Virus record (IMG/VR): IMGVR_UViG_3300045988_013489
Origin: a virus
Strand: one strand, 5' to 3'
Length of the DNA stretch: 44,939 bases
Shown here: piece by piece, positions 17,357 to 24,652 of the stretch
Layout of the letters: every line of letters begins with the position of its first letter
How positions within the stretch are numbered: position 1 is the stretch's first letter
Notes under the pieces: model-generated
Seen by the model: only the letters and a program-made list of their open reading frames with translations
Database searches by the model: none
What the model was told of the DNA's origin: nothing
Made by a program: the position numbers and the translations under genes

Positions 17357-18516
17357 AATGGAACTTTTATTTTTTCAATTTCTGCTCGAAGTTCTTCCAG
17401 CGTTCTGTGTCCATATACCGCGTTTGTAATATCTCCGCCAAAGGAATGGCCAAGCATTCGTTTCCGGTCGTTCTCACGAACACCGTATTTTTCACATAAA
17501 GCAGAAAAGGTGTGCCGACAGTCGTGCGGCGTGTGTTTCGGATTGCCGACTATTCCCAAACGCTCCAGTGTAGGGTAGAATAACGCTTTTCTATAATAGG
17601 GTTGAGCATATACGCATAGTCTCCCATCTTGTGCCAGCACTTTCTGTTCAGTAAAACGATATATAGCAGAATGTATCGGAACAATTCTGTTTTTACCGGC
17701 TTTTGTTTTGATTCCGCCTTGAAAACATTTCTCTTCCAGGTTGATTGTAAGTTTTAGCATTTCCCCAATTCTCCAGCCGGAGTAACACATGATAAGGATG
17801 AGCTGTACTTCTGGGTCGCCGGCGTTATTCCACAGCACTTGCATCTCCTGATCGGAAAATGGTGTCCCATGTTCTGTGTCATCATCAGCATTAACATGGA
17901 CATATAATGCCTTATTTTCTGTTACGATTTCTGAATATACTGCATATTTGTACATCTGTTTAAACAGAGTCAGGATAGACTTTTGGCTTTGTTTTTTTAA
18001 TGCGCAATCATCAATAACCTTTTGCATATCAGGAGCCTTTAAATCCTCGAATATGCGATTATGCAGAATAGCACAGTTCGCGTAAGCTGCCCGGTATGCT
18101 TCTTTTGAACTATATGATAGCTTTGTCCCCTCTGGAAATTTCCACGCATAGAACTGTTCATATACCTCTGAGAACGTCAATTTCTTAATCTCTGGATGTT
18201 TGTCCTCTACTCCTTTTATTGCGCCGTAATCAGCCAATATGCGGCTCACAAGGGCATCTGTGTCGGTGGTGAGTGATATGGATAAATCCTTTTCCATCCC
18301 TGGTTGATACGTGCCAGCTTTGTAGGCTGTTAAAATAGAGAATCCTTTTAGCCAATCATCTACGTAGCAGATCGCCGGCGGGCGGATCGCTTTTCCTGTT
18401 GCGTCAATCGTTGCCGGTGGATGTACTGCAAAACAATTTCTCCGATTCTTGCCAAGATAACGGATGCTGCCGAAACTATTCGGCAATTTGGGGTATTTCT
18501 TTCTTTTCTTCGCCAT
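17338..18516 (-). CDS. int: Tyrosine integrase
   Basis: 392 aa. C-terminal catalytic region HTPHDCRHTF...LGHSFGGDITNAVYGH, plus WRIGE. Confidence 0.9.
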   Translation of the reverse strand: MAKKRKKYPKLPNSFGSIRYLGKNRRNCFAVHPPATIDATGKAIRPPAICYVDDWLKGFSILTAYKAGTYQPGMEKDLSISLTTDTDALVSRILADYGAIKGVEDKHPEIKKLTFSEVYEQFYAWKFPEGTKLSYSSKEAYRAAYANCAILHNRIFEDLKAPDMQKVIDDCALKKQSQKSILTLFKQMYKYAVYSEIVTENKALYVHVNADDDTEHGTPFSDQEMQVLWNNAGDPEVQLILIMCYSGWRIGEMLKLTINLEEKCFQGGIKTKAGKNRIVPIHSAIYRFTEQKVLAQDGRLCVYAQPYYRKALFYPTLERLGIVGNPKHTPHDCRHTFSALCEKYGVRENDRKRMLGHSFGGDITNAVYGHRTLEELRAEIEKIKVPFVTNCD

Positions 18517-18550
18517 TTTTATTCCTCTTTTCTTTAAACGGTTGATTGAG

Positions 18551-18593
18551 TATAAAAATAACAGTCGAACAAATTTTCTGTCTTGTTCGACTG
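18551..18593 (-). terminator. Candidate minus-strand terminator between the OB-fold gene and int
   Basis: Perfect 11-bp inverted repeat cagtcgaacaa/ttgttcgactg (18562-18593), followed on the minus strand by ttatttttata. Confidence 0.4.
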
Positions 18594-18611
18594 CTCCGAA
18601 GATGATACAAT
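18583..18611 (+). promoter_or_regulatory. Sigma70-like promoter on the plus strand, antisense to the int leader
   Basis: TTGTTC (18583-18588), a 17-nt spacer, then TACAAT (18606-18611). Confidence 0.45.
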
Positions 18612-18617
18612 ATGTTT

Positions 18618-18688
18618 TGCCAGCATATACATTTCTTCGGAGATGTATAAACGCCGTCCTGGTACGCCAATGCCGGGGCGGTTTTTTA
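18618..18688 (+). ncRNA. Candidate ~70-nt antisense small RNA
   Basis: Begins downstream of the promoter at 18583-18611. Hairpin 18626-18649 has a TTCG tetraloop. A 10-bp terminator stem gccgtcctgg/ccggggcggt contains 3 G-U pairs (valid only on the plus strand) and is followed by tttttt. Confidence 0.35.
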
Positions 18689-18690
18689 TT

Positions 18691-19203
18691 TTATTCTATT
18701 TCTTCAATATCAAGAGAATAGCCAAGAACTTCTCCAACGTCTGTACATTTTCCTTTTAAAGTAACAGTGTCGCCCTTTGACATGGATGCTATTTTGGCTT
18801 TTTGGTCGTCACTTTTGATGTAACACTGGACTCCAATAATCTCAAAATCTCCATCAGCCATAAGATCAATATATTTTCCAGCCGCGTCAATGTTACTGAG
18901 TTTTCCAGTAATCTCAAGATATTTGCCTTTGTATTTATCAGATGCACCCATTGCATTACTGTCAAGCTGAGACATCATATCATTGACTGATACGGATGTG
19001 TATTCAATTGGCGCAGGTGTATCAACTTCTTTTGCAGATTCTGTCTTTGCGGATGTGTTGGAAGAAGATGTGGTGCTTGAATCCGAATTTCCACCAACGG
19101 CACCAATAACACCAACGGCAACAACTGCCAAAACTACCCATTTAAGTTTTCCGCCTTTTTTCTTACTCATAGAATTGCTCCTCCTAATAGCTTTATTCGC
19201 CAC
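18691..19203 (-). CDS. Membrane-anchored protein with OB-fold (tRNA_anti-like) domain; possible superinfection-exclusion factor
   Basis: N-terminal transmembrane segment (KWVVLAVVAVGVIGAVGG), a Ser/Thr linker, and a C-terminal GKYLEITGKLSNID...GDTVTLKGKC pattern. Confidence 0.55.
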   Translation of the reverse strand: MANKAIRRSNSMSKKKGGKLKWVVLAVVAVGVIGAVGGNSDSSTTSSSNTSAKTESAKEVDTPAPIEYTSVSVNDMMSQLDSNAMGASDKYKGKYLEITGKLSNIDAAGKYIDLMADGDFEIIGVQCYIKSDDQKAKIASMSKGDTVTLKGKCTDVGEVLGYSLDIEEIE

Positions 19204-19319
19204 ACTTCGCGCTTTCCATGCGGATTATGTATTTTGTACCGCTGATTTTGCAATGTTATGTAAAGTACGGTTATATGTGGTATTTTTATTTTATCATTTT
19301 AAGAGCATATTGTAAAGAT

Positions 19320-19628
19320 TTAGAATGGAATAGAGTGATTTAGATGAAAAAGAAATGTTTTAAGTGCTTTGTACTTCTCTTGCTGGTCTATAAGGTATTT
19401 AGCCTTGCACATACCCCACAAAAGATAATTTCCAATAATAATAATCAGAAAGATATGCAGATAGTTCATTCGTATATGGTATATCAGGAGCATTCTGTCC
19501 AGAAGTATCCGCGTGCAGACGATGGCAGTGGAAAAGTTTGTAATCTCGCATTTTTCCTCTGCGAAAGCATAATTTTCTTTGAGATTGCAAAGTTTATGTA
19601 TGAGATGGCGAAAATCCATGTATATCAT
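19320..19628 (-). CDS. Hypothetical protein in an AT-rich moron-like region; strand ambiguous
   Basis: Overlaps the plus-strand ORF 19344..19679. Minus is preferred only because the lysogeny module runs on the minus strand. Neither ORF has a clear RBS. Confidence 0.3.
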   Translation of the reverse strand: MIYMDFRHLIHKLCNLKENYAFAEEKCEITNFSTAIVCTRILLDRMLLIYHIRMNYLHIFLIIIIGNYLLWGMCKAKYLIDQQEKYKALKTFLFHLNHSIPF

Positions 19629-19750
19629 TGGCAGTTGCCAAGAGTCGGAATAGATGGTATAATAGCAAAAACGAACTAATGTTCGGTTCTATTTCCCACA
19701 GCCGGGCATATACTGTAATGTAGGTGGTAATTGTAACAGGGAGGGTTGTT

Positions 19751-19849
19751 ATGGATTATAAGAAAGAGATTATTGAGATGGTTGAAAAATGCACGAATAA
19801 TCATTGGATAGAAGTGATTTATATATTTGTGAAAAGGCTAATCGGATAA
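19751..19849 (+). CDS. Small ORF (32 aa, MDYKKEIIEMVEKCTNNHWIEVIYIFVKRLIG)
   Basis: RBS gggaggg lies 6 nt upstream. The ORF ends just before a strong terminator. Too short for the ORF track. Confidence 0.4.
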   Translation: MDYKKEIIEMVEKCTNNHWIEVIYIFVKRLIG

Positions 19850-19853
19850 CATT

Positions 19854-19896
19854 AAAAAAGACAAGGGTTTGCGCATTGCCCTTGTCTTTCTTTTTT
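19854..19896. terminator. Bidirectional rho-independent terminator
   Basis: 10-bp stem aagacaaggg/cccttgtctt, flanked by an upstream A-run and a downstream T-run. Lies between convergent genes. Confidence 0.7.
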
Positions 19897-20257
19897 ACTT
19901 ATTAGAAATCATGTCAATAAGTTTTTCTAAATTGTCCCATCCCTCATCATCCAATCTGGCTAATGCAGACACGAGACGGTGTCGGAAAGAATCTTCTCCA
20001 GATTTCATTACGTCTGCAAGCATGGCAGAAATTTGTTTGTCTTTAATTCCGGGTACAAACATATCTCCGTTTCCAGTTCTGAGCCATTCTTCGTTTACGT
20101 TAAATTCTCTGCAAACATCATCAATAGTCCGATCTGACGGAACTTTGCTTCCCATTTCAATTTGCGCTACAAAATTCCTACTTATCTTTAGTTTGTCTGC
20201 AAATTCTTGCTGAGTTACGTTTAATTCTTTTCGCAACTCTTTAAACCTGTCTTTCAA
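19895..20257 (-). CDS. CI-like repressor (XRE-family HTH)
   Basis: LRKELNVTQQEFADKLKISRNFVAQIEMG is a canonical HTH_3 motif. A likely TTG start at 20257 is preceded by aaaggagga. The track start at 20290 would place the RBS inside the ORF. Confidence 0.8.
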   Translation of the reverse strand: MKDRFKELRKELNVTQQEFADKLKISRNFVAQIEMGSKVPSDRTIDDVCREFNVNEEWLRTGNGDMFVPGIKDKQISAMLADVMKSGEDSFRHRLVSALARLDDEGWDNLEKLIDMISNK

Positions 20258-20295
20258 TTTAATTCCTCCTTTCTGAAAATATAATATCATAAAAT

Positions 20296-20365
20296 GTTTA
20301 CAAAGTCAACAAAAAAGTATTGACAAATGTTGTCTAAGGGACTATACTGTGTTTACAAGGTAAAC
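20296..20365. promoter_or_regulatory. Lysis-lysogeny switch region: plus-strand promoter with two operator-like palindromes
   Basis: TTGACA (20320-20325), a 17-nt spacer, then TATACT (20343-20348). Operator-like sites are gtttacaaggtaaac (20351-20365, a perfect 6-3-6 palindrome) and gtttacaaagtcaac (20296-20310). Confidence 0.55.
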
Positions 20366-20381
20366 AAAGGAGGTGAAAAAT

Positions 20382-20471
20382 ATGAAACGCCATCCGATTA
20401 TGGAATATGTGATTCCAGCAATTGTAGCAAGTGTGGCAACAGTTTTAATCCGTTTAGTGCTAGGGTGGTAA
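20382..20471 (+). CDS. 29-aa hydrophobic peptide (MKRHPIMEYVIPAIVASVATVLIRLVLGW)
   Basis: Strong RBS aaaggaggtg 7 nt upstream. It is the first ORF downstream of the switch promoter. It overlaps the 3' end of the minus-strand gene 20398..20775. Confidence 0.4.
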   Translation: MKRHPIMEYVIPAIVASVATVLIRLVLGW

Positions 20472-20775
20472 GAATCGAAACAATAATCGGAATAGCCACA
20501 TCTTTCAATAGTAACTTTTTAAATTCATGTTTTCTTTCAGCAATATAAGATTTTCCCTGTTCGGAAATCGTAATAGAAAGAGTTTTTCCTTTTGCATATC
20601 TGACCTGACCGTCTTGATTGATTTTAGGAAAAGATTCTCTATTAACAGAAATCAATTTTTCTTCTTCGAGAAAATTTGAAATTTTGATTTCATTTTCCGA
20701 TAGAGAAGAATATTCAATTTTTTCTTTGCTTGAAAGATATTTCAAGAAATTAAATTGTTCTTTATTGAGATACAC
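20398..20775 (-). CDS. Hypothetical protein with a C-terminal transmembrane helix
   Basis: GTG start with RBS gggaggtga. An extended -10 (tgatatact) lies upstream on the minus strand. 125 aa. Confidence 0.55.
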   Translation of the reverse strand: MYLNKEQFNFLKYLSSKEKIEYSSLSENEIKISNFLEEEKLISVNRESFPKINQDGQVRYAKGKTLSITISEQGKSYIAERKHEFKKLLLKDVAIPIIVSILTTLALNGLKLLPHLLQLLESHIP

Positions 20776-20825
20776 AATATCACCTCCCGTCTACTGGGAG
20801 TATATCACAAGAAAGGAGTGAGTAC

Positions 20826-20981
20826 ATGTCTGAAAAAGAAAAAAGAATCGTTGAAAAGCTGAAAAACGCGATTCCTAATATGTCAGAATTTGACAAGGGA
20901 TACATTCTTGGTAAGACGGAAAGTTTTTCCGAGAATAAGCCAGATGATTCTGGCCAGAAAGAAAACGAGAAAGGAGCATGA
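20826..20981 (+). CDS. Small early protein (51 aa, MSEKEKRIVEKLKNAIPNMSEFDKGYILGKTE...)
   Basis: RBS aaaggagtg. Found by manual translation; too short for the ORF track. Confidence 0.45.
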   Translation: MSEKEKRIVEKLKNAIPNMSEFDKGYILGKTESFSENKPDDSGQKENEKGA

Positions 20982-20982
20982 A

Positions 20983-21312
20983 ATGAGCGAGATTGATACT
21001 TACATCAAAGAAAATGCAGAAGTTCATCAGTTCGCCGCAGAGGTTGCAAGAATCATATCAGGCATTCCACAGATGCCAGAATTCTCATCAGAGAGTATGA
21101 GCGTATCCGATGCAAGCCAACTGATCGGACTTCCTATTACAGCAATCCGAGCAGGGATTGTGTATGGATGGTTGCCGATTGGCGTAGCTGTGCAGAATAA
21201 CAAGCCAGCAAAAAGCCTTTCCGGTGGCCGAATCACATACATCATAAGCCCTAGGAAAGTCTATGAAGTAACTGGTCATGTCTGGAAAGGCAAAGAGGCT
21301 CTCAATAAGTGA
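20983..21312 (+). CDS. Putative DNA-binding protein (HTH; excisionase/Cro-like candidate)
   Basis: ATG at 20983 with RBS aaaggag. MSVSDASQLIGLPITAIRAGIVYGWLP resembles an MerR/Xis-type HTH. The track start at 20890 is probably too early. Confidence 0.45.
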   Translation: MSEIDTYIKENAEVHQFAAEVARIISGIPQMPEFSSESMSVSDASQLIGLPITAIRAGIVYGWLPIGVAVQNNKPAKSLSGGRITYIISPRKVYEVTGHVWKGKEALNK

Positions 21313-21448
21313 GTGCCCCGGAGGGAGCTGGAACCTCCACCCCGGAGCTTTGCACCCACTAAAGTACCTTAGTGGATAGATACATTATAGTTCTCTATCT
21401 GCTAATTGTAAAGACAAATAAGAAAAAATAAGGAGAAATTAGCACGAT

Positions 21449-21625
21449 ATGAGTGAAATTAAAAACGGAAGCCAGCTCACATGGGCTGACATCGAAGTAG
21501 CACTTGCGACTGAAATTGTCGAAGAAAGCAAGAAAAAGTCAAAAAGATGGTTCACTGCATGGATTGTGACAGCCGCCGCACTGGTGGCAAGCAACCTTGC
21601 GTGGATTCTGGGAGAAATGAAATAA
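21449..21625 (+). CDS. Small membrane protein (58 aa)
   Basis: RBS aaggag. Contains the transmembrane helix WFTAWIVTAAALVASNLAWIL. The opposing 94-aa minus-strand ORF is probably a shadow ORF. Confidence 0.45.
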   Translation: MSEIKNGSQLTWADIEVALATEIVEESKKKSKRWFTAWIVTAAALVASNLAWILGEMK

Positions 21626-21626
21626 A

Positions 21627-21758
21627 ATGAAAGAGTATATGCTAATTGCTGTTTGTATGCTTGCCGGGAAATATGTGGATATACCCATCTGGCTGAACAT
21701 CTTTTTCGGTATCTCGGCAGCATGGGCAGTACGCCAGATGAAAGCAGACTGGCAGTAG
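21627..21758 (+). CDS. Small membrane protein (43 aa)
   Basis: Starts 1 nt after the upstream stop. Hydrophobic. Weak RBS. Confidence 0.35.
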   Translation: MKEYMLIAVCMLAGKYVDIPIWLNIFFGISAAWAVRQMKADWQ

Positions 21759-21778
21759 GAAATAAGGAGGATAAGAAG

Positions 21779-22117
21779 ATGTTCGAGAAAGAGATTGATG
21801 AAATTTACGAACTCTGTAAAAGAGTTGTAAATGAAGTTCCGACAGCAAGTGTCACATTCGATTTTTCAGGCTACGGCTTGGAGGTAAGAGGACTTAAAAG
21901 AAAAGAAGATGTTGAGCTTCCTAAAGGCGTGTTTAAGTGGGACTTATATCAGAGAGTATCTCTTAGTTCTTTTTTTGAAAAAGAGAGTCGTGAAAGTATC
22001 AGAATAATTAAAGGTTTCTTGTTGGAACTTCTGATAGATGGGAGGTGCCCACTAGATGTTGAATCAAATGGAGCTGAAGCTCATGCCGACAATGGAACTA
22101 ATAACGACAGTAAATGA
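21779..22117 (+). CDS. Hypothetical early protein
   Basis: ATG at 21779 preceded by aataaggagg. The track start at 21653 overlaps the small membrane ORF. Confidence 0.55.
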   Translation: MFEKEIDEIYELCKRVVNEVPTASVTFDFSGYGLEVRGLKRKEDVELPKGVFKWDLYQRVSLSSFFEKESRESIRIIKGFLLELLIDGRCPLDVESNGAEAHADNGTNNDSK

Positions 22118-22313
22118 GCTTCTGTCAGAGTTGAATAAGCGTAAGCAGTACATTATCGACTGGGAGAATCCAGACATGTATCTGAATCATCTTGAATATC
22201 ACAGTGCCAGCGGGTTACTTCCGGGTGGCGGTATTAACCCTGCAAGGGGAGACGGTTCTGACAATGTTTACTGCTTTTTTAGTGAGGTGGAGAAAGATGC
22301 AGGAGAGGATTAA
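22056..22313 (+). CDS. Hypothetical early protein
   Basis: RBS gggaggtg. Overlaps its upstream neighbour by 62 nt. Confidence 0.4.
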   Translation: MLNQMELKLMPTMELITTVNELLSELNKRKQYIIDWENPDMYLNHLEYHSASGLLPGGGINPARGDGSDNVYCFFSEVEKDAGED

Positions 22314-22470
22314 TGAAATTCTTAATTTGATAGACGGGCAACTTTCTATTGTGACAGATAACCCAATTGAAGAATCATACAAGGCAAAAACATTGGTGAG
22401 CTACGTACAGGCTCTGAATGGGCTTTTAACGGCTCAGAAATCGTATAAGGAGGAAAGTATCAATGAGTGA
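22297..22470 (+). CDS. Hypothetical early protein
   Basis: ATG at 22297 preceded by gaggtggag. Same frame as the track ORF 22192..22470. Confidence 0.45.
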   Translation: MQERINEILNLIDGQLSIVTDNPIEESYKAKTLVSYVQALNGLLTAQKSYKEESINE

Positions 22471-22663
22471 TTTTAAAATTCATATTCCGGCAAGGAAGAA
22501 GCAGGCAATAACTGAAAAAGACGCAGCAGTAAAAGTAACAGGAGAAGCTTATAATGAATTGACCGAAATTTACAACGAAAGCACATTGTCCATGCGCCAG
22601 ATTGCAAGCCTTTTAATATTAGAAGGCAGTAAACATATCGTATACGACAAAGAGGAGGAATAA
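22463..22663 (+). CDS. Hypothetical early protein
   Basis: 66 aa, co-directional, with a short overlap. Confidence 0.5.
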   Translation: MSDFKIHIPARKKQAITEKDAAVKVTGEAYNELTEIYNESTLSMRQIASLLILEGSKHIVYDKEEE

Positions 22664-22665
22664 TC

Positions 22666-23307
22666 ATGGCGAACTTAATTGGAATCATGGGAGAGCCTGG
22701 AAGTGGTAAAAGCACATCCCTTCGTAATCTCAATCCAGAAGAAACTTATTACTGTGATTGCGATGGGAAGGGCCTGAATTGGAAGGGCTGGAGAGATCAG
22801 TATTCCACCGATAAGAACAATTATGTGAAAACCAGTTTTCCACAGACTATAGTCAAATATCTTTTAAACATTGCAGAAAAAGCGCCGCATATCCATTATT
22901 TCGTTGTTGATACCGTAAATAACTTAATGGTATCAGACGAAATGAGAAGATGCAAAGAGAAAGGCTATGACAAGTGGATGGACCTCGCATCGAGCATCTG
23001 GGACTTGGTGGATATTCCGTCAAAGCTCAGAGACGATTTAACAGTAATTCTGCTGTTCCACACGCAAACAGAAATGACTGACGCGGGTTATGAGTTTACC
23101 AGAATTAAGACCAATGGAAGAAAGACTGAAAAAAATAACATCGACAGTAAATTCAACTGGTTGCTCAGATCAATGAAGCAGGAGAACACCTATTGTTTTT
23201 CAACCACTTCTCATAACGACACTGCAAGAACGCCACTGGGGGCATTTGAAGAGGAATATATTCCGAATGATATCACAAAGGTTATTGAAGTTATGAAGGA
23301 GTTTTGA
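22666..23307 (+). CDS. Sak4-like (AAA_24) RecA-fold ATPase
   Basis: Walker A IGIMGEPGSGKST and Walker B-like YFVVDTV. Paired with a DUF669-like gene, as in Sak4 recombination modules. Confidence 0.65.
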   Translation: MANLIGIMGEPGSGKSTSLRNLNPEETYYCDCDGKGLNWKGWRDQYSTDKNNYVKTSFPQTIVKYLLNIAEKAPHIHYFVVDTVNNLMVSDEMRRCKEKGYDKWMDLASSIWDLVDIPSKLRDDLTVILLFHTQTEMTDAGYEFTRIKTNGRKTEKNNIDSKFNWLLRSMKQENTYCFSTTSHNDTARTPLGAFEEEYIPNDITKVIEVMKEF

Positions 23308-23489
23308 TGAGAGAACAAAACTGGTATGTATTTTTAATAGGCCGGTACGCCTATCGGATAAGATGCGAATCGCATTATATCCATCAATTATACCGTGATA
23401 AAGCAATTCGTGAGTACAGGAAATGTGCAAGTAAAGAAGAAGCCATTTCTATGTGCTATGACTACAATAAATATTTTAAAAGGAGATAA
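23304..23489 (+). CDS. Hypothetical protein
   Basis: ATGA overlap with the upstream gene. 61 aa. Confidence 0.4.
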   Translation: MMREQNWYVFLIGRYAYRIRCESHYIHQLYRDKAIREYRKCASKEEAISMCYDYNKYFKRR

Positions 23490-23493
23490 AAGC

Positions 23494-24084
23494 ATGGCAA
23501 TTAAAAGATTTGGAGATTATGAAAAAACACAGGCTTATGGAGATTATGATGTACTTCCAAAAGGTGGTTACATTGTAAAGATTCTTGGAGCCGAAGTTTG
23601 TGGCAATAGTGTAGGCCAGTATGTAAAAATCAGCTGTGATATCGTAGAAGGCGAATATGCAGGCTTTTACGCAAAAGAATATAAGTCTCAGCAGAATGAG
23701 GATAAGAAATGGCACTGCAATTATCTTCTGAATATCCCGAATGATGACGGATCAGAGAAAGATAACTGGACAAAGAGACGTTTTAAAACATTTACAGAAG
23801 CTCTTGAAGAATCTAATCCGGGATACCATTTTGACTGGGATGAGCAGAAATTCAAAGGCAAAATTGCCGGCGGTCTTTTTAATGAAAGAGAATATGAAAA
23901 GAATGATGGAAGTGTTGGAAGAGCTACCAACTTGGCAGCCTTCTGCAAAGTCGATAAAATTCGCTCCGGTGATTACAAACTTCCAAAAGACAAAATCTTA
24001 AGCGGCAATAATTCCTCACGTACTAATTCAGATGATTTCATGAGCGTTCCAGACGGCACAGATGAGGAGATGCCATTCAACTAA
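23494..24084 (+). CDS. DUF669-like ssDNA-binding protein candidate
   Basis: ATG at 23494 with RBS aaaaggag. YDVLPKGGYIVKILGAEV...YVKISCDIVEGEYAGFY matches the DUF669 pattern as I recall it. Confidence 0.55.
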   Translation: MAIKRFGDYEKTQAYGDYDVLPKGGYIVKILGAEVCGNSVGQYVKISCDIVEGEYAGFYAKEYKSQQNEDKKWHCNYLLNIPNDDGSEKDNWTKRRFKTFTEALEESNPGYHFDWDEQKFKGKIAGGLFNEREYEKNDGSVGRATNLAAFCKVDKIRSGDYKLPKDKILSGNNSSRTNSDDFMSVPDGTDEEMPFN

Positions 24085-24647
24085 TGGATATTTTTGATCA
24101 AAAAGAAGTCTTAAAGTCTTTCCAGATTCTTGTTGATTCCAGGGAGCAAGCGACCGAGCGAGCGGAGAAGCGGTATAAATCCTTTTCCGCTCCATATAGT
24201 CGAGCAACATTGGATTATGGTGATTACACCTACAATGCAGTATTGCCAGATGGTAGTTCACTTTTTGACACATGTGAAACCATTAAACCATTCTGCGTGG
24301 TGGAACGGAAAATGAATTTAGATGAATTGGCTGCATGTTTTACCAGAGGGCGCGAGAGATTCCAAAGAGAGTTTGAGCGAGCACTAGATCGGAAATGTAG
24401 GGTTTATCTTGTTTGTGAAAATTCGAGCTGGGAAAACCTTTTGGACGGTAAATATCGAAGCAAATTCAACTCCAATGCGTTTTTAGCGTCCAGTATCGCA
24501 TGGATGGTCCGATACAACATGAATGTGGTTTTTTGCAAGGAAGAAACATCCGGGAGACTGATAAAAGAAATATTGTACAGAGATTTAAAAGAAAGACTTG
24601 AAAGGGGTGAGTTTGATGGTTGTAAATTCGATTCAACTCACAGGTGA
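24084..24647 (+). CDS. ERCC4/XPF-type nuclease-domain protein
   Basis: ILVDSREQ ... GDYTY ... VVERKMNLDEL fits the ERCC4 nuclease core (D..RE...GD....ERK). Confidence 0.5.
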   Translation: MDIFDQKEVLKSFQILVDSREQATERAEKRYKSFSAPYSRATLDYGDYTYNAVLPDGSSLFDTCETIKPFCVVERKMNLDELAACFTRGRERFQREFERALDRKCRVYLVCENSSWENLLDGKYRSKFNSNAFLASSIAWMVRYNMNVVFCKEETSGRLIKEILYRDLKERLERGEFDGCKFDSTHR

Positions 24648-24652
24648 TAGCA

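Noticed and set aside
19344-19679. 111-aa plus-strand ORF with a signal-peptide-like start
   Set aside because: It overlaps almost completely with the minus-strand ORF 19320..19628. Neither has an RBS. The region is AT-rich, so long ORFs can arise by chance. I listed the minus-strand ORF at low confidence only, and the strand remains unresolved.
20776-20830. A third copy of the late-promoter box, based on the shared acatgtac 8-mer
   Set aside because: The distance to the nearest -10 differs (25 nt versus 32 nt), it is on the opposite strand, and the 8-mer includes the ATG of ORF 20826. The match is probably coincidental.
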